The notes beneath the pieces are model-generated. The model worked only from the letters and a program-made list of their open reading frames with translations, did not search any database and was not told where the DNA came from. This document shows positions 37,241 to 46,545 of a stretch of 64,000 nt of DNA, in pieces; position 1 is the stretch's first letter; every line of letters starts with the position of its first letter. The position numbers and the translations under genes are program-made. Location of the stretch: the NCBI GenBank assembly GCA_947085655.1, contig CAMTXH010000010.1, positions 82,015 through 146,014 of the forward strand. The letters are read 5' to 3'. This stretch comes from an uncultured Omnitrophica bacterium. Lineage in GTDB: Bacteria; Omnitrophota; Gorgyraeia; JACQQV01.

Positions 37241-38548
37241 TCATCTCTCCTTTGCATTATGAACCGTTAAACTCTGGATCAGCGCAGTGACCCGCTCATG
37301 TGTTTTACCATCCAAATAGTGGCAGATCCGTTCCTTTAAGGCAGCCCTCTCTTGGCGCTCCAAAGAGGGGTCTTTGAGATACTCATTCACCCTCTGGATC
37401 AACTCAAATTCATCCCTCGCGATCCGGCTCGCCCCTGTCTCGCGGACAGGACGAAAGTGGTACTCCCAGTGTCTTTTGAGAATGTGTGTTTTGAAGGCCC
37501 CCGCATTTTGGGGATCGAAGGCGACATTGACAACGGGCGTGTCCAAAAGGGCTGCCTCGATCGTCACCGTTGAAGCAACGTTGACGAGGACATCGCTGTG
37601 TTTGATCAGATTGGCGACGTGCCTCGATTCCGCCAGGTCAGGATCCCAACCAAGTGTTGGTGAAATACGGCCCTTCAGATCGAGGGTCACATCGGGACAC
37701 GCCGGTAACTCCCACTTCGTCTCCTTCTGGAACATGATCGGATGGAACCGGCAAACCAGTTGCGACGGTTCGGCCAGTTTACCCTCACGCATCGCCCGGC
37801 GCAGGTGTTCGACCACATGAAGGCAATCTCCGCGCAGATTGCGCAGATAATACCCTGCAATCGTAATGAGTTTCTTCCGGGGATCCAATCCAAGCCGCTT
37901 AAAGAAGGCGTCTCTCGACTCAAATGTCTGTTCCTCGTAATAATGGTCAAACTGGAGGGGGCCGACGACCCATATCCGATTTTCCGGAAAGTGCCAAGTC
38001 CGAACGACTTCCTCTTTCATTAATGGATTCCAGACGGCCAGATAACCGGGTCTTACCCGCAGGGTGTCTTTGATCGGACTGAAGTTGTCCCAACTGTGCA
38101 CGACACAGAGCACCGGTATCTTCCAATTCCTTGCCTCCCGGATCAGGGGGAGATCCTGTGTTGTGTGGAGCCCGCATCCCGCCGTAACGAGCAGGGCGGG
38201 TTGATGCTTTTGAAACATTTCCCCATATTGTATCGGCTCCGAACGCGTCGCCAGCCAATGGTGCATCTTCATCGCCAAAAGGTAAGGCGTACGGGAGCCC
38301 CTGAGTCTCCTCCCGCATTTCCATAAAAGAGCCCTGCAGAATCCCTCCTCTTTGTCGGCAGCACCCATCGGCTCAAACAGGACCTGTCCATTTAAGGCGA
38401 ATTCCTTAACGAAAGAAGGGTCACGAGCGGCCGTCGAGACGATAACCGCTCGCATGTCCCGCCTGGATAAAATCCCTGCCAAGAGGCGGCTCCGTAACAG
38501 GGATCTTGCGTAACGTCCGATCGGAATCGAAAAGAAAATGGTCTTCAT
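37241..38548 (-). CDS. GT-B fold transferase, possibly CDP-alcohol/glycerophosphotransferase (TagB/TagF Glyphos_transf-like) or capsule phosphotransferase
   Basis: FHP...then LIKHSDVLVNVASTVTIEAALLDTPVVNV pattern resembling TagF HP ... SDxLITDYSS...KPII; low certainty. Confidence 0.35.
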   Translation of the reverse strand: MKTIFFSIPIGRYARSLLRSRLLAGILSRRDMRAVIVSTAARDPSFVKEFALNGQVLFEPMGAADKEEGFCRALLWKCGRRLRGSRTPYLLAMKMHHWLATRSEPIQYGEMFQKHQPALLVTAGCGLHTTQDLPLIREARNWKIPVLCVVHSWDNFSPIKDTLRVRPGYLAVWNPLMKEEVVRTWHFPENRIWVVGPLQFDHYYEEQTFESRDAFFKRLGLDPRKKLITIAGYYLRNLRGDCLHVVEHLRRAMREGKLAEPSQLVCRFHPIMFQKETKWELPACPDVTLDLKGRISPTLGWDPDLAESRHVANLIKHSDVLVNVASTVTIEAALLDTPVVNVAFDPQNAGAFKTHILKRHWEYHFRPVRETGASRIARDEFELIQRVNEYLKDPSLERQERAALKERICHYLDGKTHERVTALIQSLTVHNAKER

Positions 38549-39474
38549 TTTCTCATGGACCGAAGTGCCACGGAGACCTGATCCGCCAGAAACCCGAAAA
38601 GAATCACCGAGAAGGAGGCGATCAAGACAATGATGGAGGATCCGCGGATTCCTCCGGAAACGATAAAATTCGTCAAACCCAGGAATATGCCGGCGGCACC
38701 CAAGAAAAGCCCCGCCGGCAAAAAGATGCGGAGAGGACTGAACAGCATGACCATCCTCGTGATAATTAGGAGAAAACGCAACCCCTCCCGGAAAGGCCGA
38801 AGCTTGCTTTTGCCCAGGCGCCTCTTTCCGATGGAATCCAAAGGGACATATTTCACAAAGTAGCCCGCCTTCAAAAATGAAAGGGTCGCCGTCGTCGGAT
38901 ACGAGTAAGTATTTGGGAAAAGATGAAGAAACTCCAGGGCCTTCTGTCGCTTGATCGCCCTGAAACCCGAGGTGAGATCCAGAATTTTCGCATCAGAGAG
39001 ATACTCGGCGACTTTAATCAACATCTTGTTCCCCGCCGTACGGAAACGGGAAAGTTCTGCGCGCTTCGTCCGTGCCCCAATCACCATGTCGTATTCACCG
39101 ATGTCTTTGATCAACTCCGGAACCGCCTCCGGAGGATGCTGGCCGTCGCCGTCCATCAACACCACAATATCCCCCTTGGCCCGTTGAATTCCCGTCTTGA
39201 CGGCCGCTCCATTCCCCAAATTGTAGGGGTGACGGACGACGTCCGCACCCGCGGCCTTTGCCCGTGCCGCCGTTTGATCCTCTGATCCGTCGTCGATGAC
39301 CAGCACCTGGTCGGCACAGCCGAGGACGAGGATCCGCTTGACCACCTCGGCAATCGCATCCTCCTCGTTGTAACAGGGAAGGAGGATGCTGATTTCTTTC
39401 TCTTGAGGGGTTTTAGTCCCCTCGGACGGTGAAGTCGACGACTTTTGATCCAGCAATGGCGATTTTTCGAACAT
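38545..39474 (-). CDS. GT2 polyprenyl-phosphate sugar transferase (GtrB/ArnC-like with C-terminal TM helices)
   Basis: ISILLPCYNEE...LVIDDGSEDQT...LMDGDGQHPP; C-terminal hydrophobic helices; 62-nt overlap with upstream ORF suggests alternative internal start. Confidence 0.75.
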   Translation of the reverse strand: MFEKSPLLDQKSSTSPSEGTKTPQEKEISILLPCYNEEDAIAEVVKRILVLGCADQVLVIDDGSEDQTAARAKAAGADVVRHPYNLGNGAAVKTGIQRAKGDIVVLMDGDGQHPPEAVPELIKDIGEYDMVIGARTKRAELSRFRTAGNKMLIKVAEYLSDAKILDLTSGFRAIKRQKALEFLHLFPNTYSYPTTATLSFLKAGYFVKYVPLDSIGKRRLGKSKLRPFREGLRFLLIITRMVMLFSPLRIFLPAGLFLGAAGIFLGLTNFIVSGGIRGSSIIVLIASFSVILFGFLADQVSVALRSMRK

Positions 39475-40915
39475 CTGTCCAGCTCCTTATTCCGAAAAGG
39501 CGCTTTCCGACATAGGAAGGTCTCAGGTAGAAGCGCCGGTAGGCGTCCCGTATATATTTGGCAAGGTCCTCTTTCTTCACAGACGTATAAAGCTCGTTAA
39601 ACAACCCCTCCGTATGCAGGACGGTCAGATCGCTCTGCGAGCCGTCTTTTATCTCCGGATACTTGGCCTGAACTTCGGCAAACAGTGGGGTTCCCGGATA
39701 GGGGGTGCAGATCCCGAAGGTGGCCGTGGTCGGATCGATCTCCATCGTAAATTCGATCGTCCGCTGAATGCTCTCATCCGTATCGTCCGGCATTCCCAGC
39801 ATGATGTGGGCATGGGTGTCAATCCCGACCTCATGCGCCCATTTGAAGGTCTCCACGGTTTGCTCCACCTTAAAACCCTTTTTCACGCGGTCCAGGACAT
39901 TCTGATTTCCCGATTCGACGCCGAACTTCATGACGGAGCATCCTGCCCGCTTCATCCATTCCATCTGTTCTTTGTCCACCAGCCCCACCTTCGCATTGCA
40001 AATCCAGGGAAATTGATAGCCCCGCTCAATGACCCCCTTGCAGAACTCGATGTTGCGCCTTTTATGAACGGTCCATATCTCATCCCGGTAGTAGATCTCC
40101 CGGTAACCGTTCGAGAGAAAGTATTCAACCTCATCGAGCATCCGTTTCGCACTCTGGTATCTGAAATTGGGACCATGGAAAAAAGGCGCCGTACAGAAGG
40201 TGCATTTCGAAGGGCAACCCCTCGTCGTGACCGCCGTAATATAAGGGTACTGAATGACAAGGGGATTAAAATACCCGACATCCTTCGGAAGGAGCGAAAC
40301 ATCGACCATCGGATATTCATCAAGATTATCGATGAAATTCGGCTGAGGCGTTAAGACGGGCTCGCCGTTCTCCTGGAAGCCGATGCCCTTCACCGCCCTC
40401 CACTCCCCATTTCTCCCATGCAGAGCCCGGACAAGTTCTACAACGATTCCCTCGGGCTCATTGAGGACGATGATGTCAACGCCCTCCTTGCTCAAGGCAT
40501 ACTTTGGCATAAACGTGCCGTGGGACCCGAAAAGAATCGTCTTAAGGCGCGGGTTTTCAAGTTTAAACTGACGCAGCGTTTCCGCATCCTCGTTAAAAGT
40601 CATCGTTGCGGCATTCGCAACAATGAGATCGTAATGGTCCATTTTTCCGCGCAAGTCATCCGGGTGAATCCCTTCCGCCTGGGCATCGATCAGCGTCACA
40701 TCGTGACCGTCCTTCTTCAGAACGCTTGCGACGGACAAAAGGAAGTAGGGCGGAACCGTTCCCCCGCCGATCCGCTTCCCCTTGCACCAGCAACCGTAGA
40801 GGACATCCCGTACGATGTTCTTTGTCACGTAACTTGCCGGATTCAATGCAAGAATTCTCATGCCACTCCCCCTTCCTTTCTTAAGCGGACGATTCTCATG
40901 ACACCTTCTGCGCAA
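39413..40915 (-). CDS. B12-binding (class B) radical SAM enzyme
   Basis: N-terminal cobalamin-binding-like domain (MRILALNPASY..., DLIVANAATM), radical SAM CxxxCxxC as GCPSKCTFC; probable real start at MRILALN (about 40861). Confidence 0.75.
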   Translation of the reverse strand: MRRRCHENRPLKKGRGSGMRILALNPASYVTKNIVRDVLYGCWCKGKRIGGGTVPPYFLLSVASVLKKDGHDVTLIDAQAEGIHPDDLRGKMDHYDLIVANAATMTFNEDAETLRQFKLENPRLKTILFGSHGTFMPKYALSKEGVDIIVLNEPEGIVVELVRALHGRNGEWRAVKGIGFQENGEPVLTPQPNFIDNLDEYPMVDVSLLPKDVGYFNPLVIQYPYITAVTTRGCPSKCTFCTAPFFHGPNFRYQSAKRMLDEVEYFLSNGYREIYYRDEIWTVHKRRNIEFCKGVIERGYQFPWICNAKVGLVDKEQMEWMKRAGCSVMKFGVESGNQNVLDRVKKGFKVEQTVETFKWAHEVGIDTHAHIMLGMPDDTDESIQRTIEFTMEIDPTTATFGICTPYPGTPLFAEVQAKYPEIKDGSQSDLTVLHTEGLFNELYTSVKKEDLAKYIRDAYRRFYLRPSYVGKRLFGIRSWTDVRKIAIAGSKVVDFTVRGD

Positions 40916-41819
40916 CGACCCATTGATTCACTTTTTTCCCGGAAAACGACTGCGCAAGATAAATCAGGGCGATTCCGAAACGGACCCACCCGGACACTCC
41001 GATCCGCCCAACCGGATAGTCTTTCGGAATGCAGGCAGTCCGCTCGAAGCCGTTCTCGGTCAAAAGACGGTGCAGCGTTCGCTCTGTGAAGTAATGAAGA
41101 TGATAAGAAGGATAAAGTCTCGTGATTGGAAATTGGATTGTCCCGAAACTCAACCGATAGGACCAATGTCCGATCTGATAGAGAAGATTGTCGATGTTCA
41201 GGGTCTGGGTCATCAAGAGGCCCCCCGGTTTCAGAATTCTCCTGATCTCCACCAGACACGCCAATGGGTCCCGCAGGTGTTCCAAAACGTCCCAAAGCGT
41301 CACCACGTCAAAATGATTTTCCGGAAATGCGGCGTTCTGAAGCGTGCCCTGCGTAATGGAGAGCTCATATTGTTCCCTCGCACGCTGAACCGCGTAGGAG
41401 GAGATTTCGACGCCGCTGGGTCGCCATCCTCTTTTTTGCGCCATGTTCAAAAAGACCCCCATCGCGCAGCCCACATCAAGGAGAGCCCCTTTCGCGGGAG
41501 CGTGCGTCTCCAGAATCTCCAGCGCCTCCTCATAATCTTTGAGGTGCTCTTCACCCGCAATATCCCCCTCCTGATGCTTAAAATAATCCACCTCCCAATA
41601 CGTTTTGTCCTCGTAGAGATGTTTGAGCTCCTCTTCATCCGGCATCGGAAAGAGATACCGATGGCCGCACCGCGGACACGAAACGACGGAGTGGCTACGG
41701 GTCGGAAAGGGACGGATGCTCGGCAAGCGATAGCATGTCCGGTACCGCCCTTCCTGACAAAGGGGACAACTCCCTTTATTTGTTAAGTTCTGAGGGGGTA
41801 AAGTATCTTGAAGAAGCAA
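40896..41819 (-). CDS. class I SAM-dependent methyltransferase with N-terminal zinc ribbon; paralogue of 30623..31573
   Basis: TTG start verified at 41817-41819; CPLCQ...CPRCG ribbon; LLDVGCAMGVF motif I; DVVTLWDVLEHLRDP motif II. Confidence 0.7.
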   Translation of the reverse strand: MLLQDTLPPQNLTNKGSCPLCQEGRYRTCYRLPSIRPFPTRSHSVVSCPRCGHRYLFPMPDEEELKHLYEDKTYWEVDYFKHQEGDIAGEEHLKDYEEALEILETHAPAKGALLDVGCAMGVFLNMAQKRGWRPSGVEISSYAVQRAREQYELSITQGTLQNAAFPENHFDVVTLWDVLEHLRDPLACLVEIRRILKPGGLLMTQTLNIDNLLYQIGHWSYRLSFGTIQFPITRLYPSYHLHYFTERTLHRLLTENGFERTACIPKDYPVGRIGVSGWVRFGIALIYLAQSFSGKKVNQWVVAQKVS

Positions 41820-41948
41820 CGTACTTCTCCTCTCTTGACCGGATGAACCGCCAAACCAGAAACCGCTTCAACAGTTGCGACGCCTCCGGTATTTTCCCCA
41901 ACGTCACAAGATAAAGCCGGAGCAAGAGAAACCGAAAGGGGGTCATTT

Positions 41949-42923
41949 TCATTCTTTTGACTCGTAAGATTCAACCGCTGCACCCACCGCATGCCTTTCG
42001 GAAAGCGCCCAAAGGACCGTTTCCAGATAATCCGTTGTCAGCGGCATAAAATAACGGTCGTCTAACCAAACAGGGTTTAACAAAGTTCCCTCCTCGAGTC
42101 CACGGCATATCCTTTCGAAAACGGGACTTCCGAAAAACGCAACGCCGTACGAATAAAGGAACTGGGTCTTCCGGCTCATCCGGTGATGGTCATAATGTCC
42201 CTTTTCGTCGATTCTCTCCTCCAAAAATCCAAGGGCGCGCTTGAGCGATTCCAAAAGAACGGGATCTTTTGTCCGTTTCCAATAGTGCGCCAGACAACCG
42301 ACAATCAGGGAAAGATAGCCGACGTCAGCCCCTCCGTACTCGGGAAAATACCCTGACGACTCTTGAGAAGAAAGCAGCCTGGACAATTTCTCCTCGGAGG
42401 CACGCAGATAGGGGGTGTTGCTTGTCAAATGGTAAAGATTTAAAAGCGCGCAAGCCGCTGCCGCCATCTGATTGGAAACGTCCGGATTGTTATGGCGCAT
42501 CAGCCACTTTCCCGTTTTTTCAAGACGCTCGCCATCGCTCCTCCGGAGGAGAAGCATCGCTTCCGTGACGGCCCAGCAGGTAAAAGCGGTGGCGCAAAAC
42601 CCCCGTTCGTTCGGGTAGGCCTCATCCACGCTTCCGTCCCGGTGGCGACGCGAAATCCAAAATTCGATCGCCGCCTCTGCCCACTGCTTCACCTGTCCGT
42701 TCTGGTAATAAATGTTCCCGTCAAAATTCCCCTGATAGAGAAGCGCCAAGAGCCAGCACGCTTCCTGATACCGCGTATTCGGAAAGTCGATTGACTTGTA
42801 GTGCCAGTACCCGCGGTCGAAACATCCGAATGTCTCAGAAGAGGGATCCCGGTCGCCCAATCCCAATACGCGGGGCACCTGGCTTAAGACAATTTCATGG
42901 ATTCTCTCGAGAGACTCTTTCAT
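41949..42923 (-). CDS. uncharacterised soluble protein, paralogue of 17903..19585
   Basis: ETFGCFDRGYWHYKSIDFPNTRYQEACWLLALLY and EAYPNERGFCATAFTCWAVTEA blocks shared with the 560-aa paralogue. Confidence 0.4.
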   Translation of the reverse strand: MKESLERIHEIVLSQVPRVLGLGDRDPSSETFGCFDRGYWHYKSIDFPNTRYQEACWLLALLYQGNFDGNIYYQNGQVKQWAEAAIEFWISRRHRDGSVDEAYPNERGFCATAFTCWAVTEAMLLLRRSDGERLEKTGKWLMRHNNPDVSNQMAAAACALLNLYHLTSNTPYLRASEEKLSRLLSSQESSGYFPEYGGADVGYLSLIVGCLAHYWKRTKDPVLLESLKRALGFLEERIDEKGHYDHHRMSRKTQFLYSYGVAFFGSPVFERICRGLEEGTLLNPVWLDDRYFMPLTTDYLETVLWALSERHAVGAAVESYESKE

Positions 42924-44827
42924 GCGGTAACCGCCTCCCGGGGACAGGGAACCTTTTGATCCACAAAAACATCGAGCCAGATCTCAAGAATCAGTAGCGC
43001 CATCAGCTGTTTGTGATAAATGAGCGGTGAGGAATCCGCTTTCTCCAAAAGAGAGCGGAGCGTTTCCCACTCAAACCATCCTCTCCGCTTGATCCGTTCA
43101 ACGGAGAGATAGTCGCTACAGAGCTTTCTGAAAACGCTCTGAAATCTTCCCTCGAGCGGCATAAAGAAGGCCTGCTTCCTGCGTCTGGTCGTTTCGGGCG
43201 GAAGGATTCCTTTGAAGGCGCGCCGGAGCAGGATCTTGTTGACCCCCCCATGAATCTTCAAATGAAACGGAACGCGCCCCATCAATTCAACAATGCGATG
43301 ATCCAGATAAGGAACGCGCCCCTCCACGGAGTGCGCCATGGTCAGCTTATCCTGTTTAAAAAGGATATTGTCCGGAAGCCAAGAGGTCAGTTCCTGGCGC
43401 AGAAGCCAATTCGGGATGTCGTCTGTTTCGTTATCCATCAAAACATCTTCTGAATCTTTTTCACCTGTAAGAACCTCTTTGAATTGACCGGTATAAAGTC
43501 GATCCTTTTCCGCACCCGTAAAAAGAGAGACGACATGCAGATAGTTTTGCTTCGTATCTCCCAAGTGCCTTAGGAAAAAGGCAAGCCGTTTACGACCCTC
43601 AGTTCCCATCGAAGCGGGGTATTGGAAAAAGCGATCGATCAGAGACACGGGCATTCCTTCGACGAAGCGTCCCAAAGCGCTCCCGATGCGGGGAGGAATC
43701 CGGGATGCCCGGAGAAGTGTGTCCTGATGGACATATCCCCCCAACAATTCATCCGCGCCTTCGCCGGTGAGAACAACTTTGACATGACGGTGGGCGATTT
43801 GAGACAAAAGATAGGTCGGGACAACGATGGCATCCCCGACCGGCTCATCCAGATGCCACACGATCTTCGGAAGGAGAAAAAAGTCGTCGGGCTTGACCTC
43901 AACTTCGTGGTGGTCCGTCGCATACAGATCAGCGATGTGCCTGGCGCTTGCTGTTTCATCCTGTGATGTCCCGAATCCGACGGAGAAAGTCTTTCGGGGC
44001 GCGTGGTCCAGCGCTGCGACCAGGGAAACCACGGCACTCGAATCGAGTCCCCCGCTTAAGAAAGCCCCGATGGGGACGTCGCCCATGAGCTGAAGCCGGA
44101 CGGAATCCTTCAAGAGGTTATAAAACTCCTCCACAAACGCCTCCTCCGACATCTTTCGGTCTTCCTTCATTTCAAAATGCCAGTAAGGGCGCAGGGTCTC
44201 CTTCCCTTCCTGAAACGCCAGAAAATGCGCAGGGGGAAGCTTCCGGATGCCGGCAAAAAAGGTCCTGTTCCCGGGCACATACCGAAACGTCAGGTAATCG
44301 TCAATCGATCTAAAATCGAGTGTGCGATTGACCGCCTCGCACTGAAGGAGCGCTTTGAGTTCCGACGCAAAGAGAAAATCCCCGTTGACCCGCGTATAAT
44401 AGAGCGGTTTAATTCCCAGCCGGTCACGCGCCAAGAAAAACCGGCTCTGTGTTGAGTCCCATATCGCGAAAGCAAACATTCCGTTCAACCGGTCCAGACA
44501 GGATGTCCCGTATTCTTCGTAGGCATGAACAACGACTTCGCTGTCGGTCTTCGTGACAAAGCGATGGCCTTTTTGGGTCAGGAGTTCCCGTAGCTCGAGG
44601 TGGTTATAGATTTCGCCGTTAAAGACAAGTACCAAAGAACGGTCTTCATTAAAGAGGGGCTGACTTCCTGTTTGAAGATCCACGATGCTCAACCGGACAT
44701 TGCCTACGCCGGTTCCCTCCCTGTAGAAAAATCCTGATTCGTCAGGTCCGCGGTGGGCCATCGTTCCCGCCATGACCTTCAGCAGTTCCTCCGGGTAATC
44801 TCCCCTAAAACCGAAAATGCCGCACAT
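42920..44827 (-). CDS. asparagine synthase (glutamine-hydrolysing) family amidotransferase, second copy
   Basis: internal start MCGIFGF (ATG 44825-44827 overlapping upstream stop as TGATG); SGGLDSS PP-loop; long ORF 42920..45040 is an N-terminal over-extension. Confidence 0.8.
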   Translation of the reverse strand: MCGIFGFRGDYPEELLKVMAGTMAHRGPDESGFFYREGTGVGNVRLSIVDLQTGSQPLFNEDRSLVLVFNGEIYNHLELRELLTQKGHRFVTKTDSEVVVHAYEEYGTSCLDRLNGMFAFAIWDSTQSRFFLARDRLGIKPLYYTRVNGDFLFASELKALLQCEAVNRTLDFRSIDDYLTFRYVPGNRTFFAGIRKLPPAHFLAFQEGKETLRPYWHFEMKEDRKMSEEAFVEEFYNLLKDSVRLQLMGDVPIGAFLSGGLDSSAVVSLVAALDHAPRKTFSVGFGTSQDETASARHIADLYATDHHEVEVKPDDFFLLPKIVWHLDEPVGDAIVVPTYLLSQIAHRHVKVVLTGEGADELLGGYVHQDTLLRASRIPPRIGSALGRFVEGMPVSLIDRFFQYPASMGTEGRKRLAFFLRHLGDTKQNYLHVVSLFTGAEKDRLYTGQFKEVLTGEKDSEDVLMDNETDDIPNWLLRQELTSWLPDNILFKQDKLTMAHSVEGRVPYLDHRIVELMGRVPFHLKIHGGVNKILLRRAFKGILPPETTRRRKQAFFMPLEGRFQSVFRKLCSDYLSVERIKRRGWFEWETLRSLLEKADSSPLIYHKQLMALLILEIWLDVFVDQKVPCPREAVTA

Positions 44828-46545
44828 CAGCCCGAACGCCCCATCCGCCCCTTCGGACAGTAGATTTTGATGCCGTAGTAAGGAAAATAACCGCCTATTT
44901 CCCGGTACGTAAATTTGGGCGCAAAAGCAGTCGCATCGCCCAGTTCCCTTGCAAGCACATAATGTTCCTCGATAAAGTCGAAGAGTCTCCTTCGAGAACT
45001 GGTGTAAGGAAAGTAGGTGACGGGAGTGACAATGATGCATTTCGGCCGTTTCAATCGGATCTGGTTGATTAAATCCTCTTCGATCTCCGTTCTTTCATCC
45101 GGTGTGAGGCCTGCGAATTTAAATTTTTTGTCCTCCACTATGCCTGCTCGAAGGGTCACAAATTCATCCTTCACAACCGGATCTCTTTGAGAAAGAAAGT
45201 AATAGATGGGCTCGATGCTGACGACAAAAATTCCGTCTTGGGGTGCTGTTTGTTGCCTGATATACGTAACCGTATCTTCGTACATTTTTTTAATATGGGG
45301 GGGGACCTGAATCCCCCTCGCCACATTGATGGAAAGTGGAACCTTTCCACGCATTTTCTGAAGGGGCATATCAACATAGCTGCTGAAGAGAATAAAGTAG
45401 CCCACAAAGCAGGCAATGCCTGCTTGAAGCAGGCGAAGGGCACTCGGTCTGGAAAGAAGGGTCTGGAGATTCCAGAGCCGGTAAAAGAAATAAATCAACA
45501 GCACAAAAGGAACCTGGAGCAGAAAACCGATTCCGTTCGAACCTGTGATGAGCGGTTGGGCGTAAATAAGAACCGAGAAAAGGGAAAGAAAAAGAACCGC
45601 GCGGTCCTTCCTGAAGAAAAGGAAACCCGCCCCGGCACAGACAACAGGGGACCACCAGAGAGACACCACAACCAGGTGCCAGACCGCCTCCTTGACCTTG
45701 GGGAAAAACCCCGAAAGATGCGCCAACCCGGACCAAAATGTCTCGCTGAACAGGTTCGGATAGGACGCATGATAACGCCATACGCCCACACCGGAAGTGG
45801 TCGGAAAGAGATTCATCAAGAGTTTCTGTGCGGGCATGTGGGTCAGGAGATAGATGAGAAAAGGAGCCACTAGACAGAAAGCGCCTAAACCATAATATCC
45901 GAGAAGCGGCATCGCGTTGAAAGTTCTCGGATTTCTTTTAATTTGATCGATGAGCTCCGTGATCACCACAAATAAAATGACGGATCCAAAAATGCCGACG
46001 CCCATGGGAAGCGGTTTCGTCAAAAGTCCCACCCCTGCGCCAAGTCCCATCCAAAAAGGCCGGCTCCTTCCCCCGGGACGTTTCAGAACCGAAAGAAAAA
46101 GGGCGACCACCCAAAGCGCTGAAAGCGTCCCAAAAATATGGTTGTAGGAGTGGGGGGGCAGAGAAAGATATGAAAAGGATGCCAAGCTTGCGATGCCCGC
46201 CCAAAAAGGAGGCATGAAAAAGCGGGCGATCCGGAAGGCAAGACCCACACCAATGGCTCCGACAAAAATATAGACAAGTCTCACCAGTTGCACGCTGACG
46301 CCGAACCAATTGAACAGGGTTCCAAAAATAAAAGGGGCCAAAGGGCCGTAATTCCAGCTGAAATCGCGGTAAACCAATTCCCCAAGACTCGCCCGCCAGA
46401 AGACAAAAAGGTTCACCCCTTCATCGCCCGTAAAAAGGTCGTATTGAAAAATAAGGAGTTTTCCCAACAGAAAAAGTCCGACGGCGGCAAATAACACAAA
46501 CCTATCTTTCATTTCCGACCTTTCTTGCGACGATTGTAAAATCAT
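44827..46545 (-). CDS. polytopic membrane protein with C-terminal soluble domain, possible GT-C glycosyltransferase
   Basis: 572 aa; about 12 hydrophobic segments in first 400 aa, hydrophilic C-terminal 150 aa; no diagnostic motif found. Confidence 0.35.
   Translation of the reverse strand: MILQSSQERSEMKDRFVLFAAVGLFLLGKLLIFQYDLFTGDEGVNLFVFWRASLGELVYRDFSWNYGPLAPFIFGTLFNWFGVSVQLVRLVYIFVGAIGVGLAFRIARFFMPPFWAGIASLASFSYLSLPPHSYNHIFGTLSALWVVALFLSVLKRPGGRSRPFWMGLGAGVGLLTKPLPMGVGIFGSVILFVVITELIDQIKRNPRTFNAMPLLGYYGLGAFCLVAPFLIYLLTHMPAQKLLMNLFPTTSGVGVWRYHASYPNLFSETFWSGLAHLSGFFPKVKEAVWHLVVVSLWWSPVVCAGAGFLFFRKDRAVLFLSLFSVLIYAQPLITGSNGIGFLLQVPFVLLIYFFYRLWNLQTLLSRPSALRLLQAGIACFVGYFILFSSYVDMPLQKMRGKVPLSINVARGIQVPPHIKKMYEDTVTYIRQQTAPQDGIFVVSIEPIYYFLSQRDPVVKDEFVTLRAGIVEDKKFKFAGLTPDERTEIEEDLINQIRLKRPKCIIVTPVTYFPYTSSRRRLFDFIEEHYVLARELGDATAFAPKFTYREIGGYFPYYGIKIYCPKGRMGRSG

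Noticed and set aside
40923-41786. 287-aa plus-strand ORF antisense to the Zn-ribbon methyltransferase
   Set aside because: No motifs. The minus-strand gene has ribbon plus SAM motifs and a verified TTG start.
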